Shown here in pieces: positions 63,181 to 64,000 of a stretch of DNA of 64,000 nucleotides (its first letter is position 1; the number at the start of each line of letters is the position of its first letter). Source of the DNA: Actinomycetota bacterium (lineage in GTDB: Bacteria > Actinomycetota > AC-67); the NCBI GenBank assembly GCA_046712825.1, contig JBKKCR010000096.1:590-64589 (forward strand), given 5' to 3'. The translations under genes and the position numbers were made by a program. The notes beneath the pieces are model-generated. The model was not told where the DNA came from. It made no database searches and saw only the letters and a program-made list of their open reading frames with translations.

Positions 63181-64000
63181 AGCTGCCGGTGATGCCGCCC
63201 GTGAAGCCGATGCTCGCGAAGCTTGTGACCGAGATCCCCGAGGGTGCCTTCTACGAGCCCAAGTTCGACGGCTTCCGGTGCGTCGTGTTCCGGGACGGCG
63301 ACGATATTGAGCTCGGCAGCCGGAACGAGCGGCCGTTGAACCGGTACTTCCCGGACGTGATCGACGCGCTGAAGCGCGAGGCGCCACCGCGATGCGTGCT
63401 CGACGGCGAGATCGTGCTCATGGCCGACGGGCGTCTGGACTTCGAGGCGTTGCAGCAGCGCATCCATCCAGCGGCTTCCCGCGTCGCGATGCTCGCCCGC
63501 GATACACCCGCATCGTTCATCGCTTTCGACCTCCTCGCGTTGGGGGACGAATCCATGACCGAACGGCCGTTCGCCGACCGGCGGCGCGCGCTCGAGGAGG
63601 CGCTCGCCGGCGCCGAGCCGCCCGTGTACGTGACCCCGGCGACGTCGTCCATCGAGGAGGGACGCGATTGGTTCGACCGGTTCGAAGGCGCCGGCGTCGA
63701 CGGGATCATCGCCAAGCCTCCCTCGATAAAGTACGTGCCAGACAAGCGCGTGATGTTCAAGATCAAACACGAGCGAACCGCGGACTGCGTCGTCGCGGGC
63801 TGCCGCCCTTACAAGAGTGGCGATGGGATCGGCTCGCTCCTCCTCGGGCTCTACGATGGCGACAACCTGTGGCCGGTGGGCGTCGCGGCGTCGTTCGCGG
63901 CGACGTTCCGCAAGAAGCTCGTCGAGGAGCTTGAGCCGTACCGATTGGCGAAGGGCGACACTCACCCGTGGGCTCCGGAAGGCGTGTTCGAGCGCATGCC
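63177..64000 (+). CDS. ATP-dependent DNA ligase (LigC/LigD ligase-domain type), 3' partial at window edge
   Basis: Not in the ORF track (runs off the end). Translation: MKLPVMPPVKPMLAKL...FYEPKFDGFRCVVF (KxDG motif I) ...DGEIV...FIAFDLL...DGIIAK (motif IV)...MFKIKH (motif V). Confidence 0.75.
   Translation, partial: MKLPVMPPVKPMLAKLVTEIPEGAFYEPKFDGFRCVVFRDGDDIELGSRNERPLNRYFPDVIDALKREAPPRCVLDGEIVLMADGRLDFEALQQRIHPAASRVAMLARDTPASFIAFDLLALGDESMTERPFADRRRALEEALAGAEPPVYVTPATSSIEEGRDWFDRFEGAGVDGIIAKPPSIKYVPDKRVMFKIKHERTADCVVAGCRPYKSGDGIGSLLLGLYDGDNLWPVGVAASFAATFRKKLVEELEPYRLAKGDTHPWAPEGVFERM

Noticed and set aside
61165-64000. Mobile element or integrated island around TopIB, STAS and ligase
   Set aside because: No integrase, transposase, tRNA or direct repeats seen; only gene remnants suggestive of past rearrangement.

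Overview
High-GC (~70%) bacterial DNA, most likely actinobacterial: a remnant of an F420/LLM-type enzyme, a Ku/ATP-dependent DNA ligase pair, an LPXTG-type signal, frequent GTG/TTG starts and 4-nt start/stop overlaps. Gene density is high, and no transposase, integrase, CRISPR, rRNA or tRNA was recognised. Layout: (1) 0.3-1.6 kb, two tandem paralogous small secreted proteins separated by a perfect hairpin; (2) 1.9-10.7 kb, an operon of a large secreted beta-propeller-like protein translationally coupled to a Liv-type ABC importer (binding protein, LivH-like permease, LivM-LivG fusion, LivF) plus two lipoproteins; (3) 10.8-54.1 kb, a ~42 kb glycan-assembly locus with 13 glycosyltransferases (GT2/GT4), 5 class-I methyltransferases, a WbaP-like initiating phosphotransferase, a Wzm/Wzt ABC exporter whose Wzt carries a C-terminal carbohydrate-binding domain, a Wzy/WaaL-like polytopic protein, a small Wzz-like protein, a DUF4012 protein and two secreted GH99-like paralogs. 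At its core sits a sulfation module: a bifunctional ATP-sulfurylase/APS-kinase (PAPS synthase), five sulfotransferases (one tandem duplication with a relic fragment), two NPP-type phosphodiesterases that are likely mis-called 'sulfatase', a hexapeptide acyltransferase and an Sfp/EntD-type phosphopantetheinyl transferase. I read this as an undescribed sulfated, methylated and acylated cell-surface polysaccharide or glycolipid system; (4) 54.3-60.3 kb, a secreted copper/cupredoxin cluster (a His-rich 633-aa protein with a C-terminal cupredoxin, a stand-alone cupredoxin, a Tat-exported amidohydrolase, and a PQQ-dehydrogenase-like beta-propeller fused to a cupredoxin); (5) 60.6-64 kb, a small membrane protein, a strong hairpin, gene remnants (an Fgd-like C-terminus and a Ku C-terminus), topoisomerase IB, a STAS protein and a partial ATP-dependent DNA ligase. 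All calls are from manual reading of the six-frame track, motif recognition and third-position GC bias; no database search was run.
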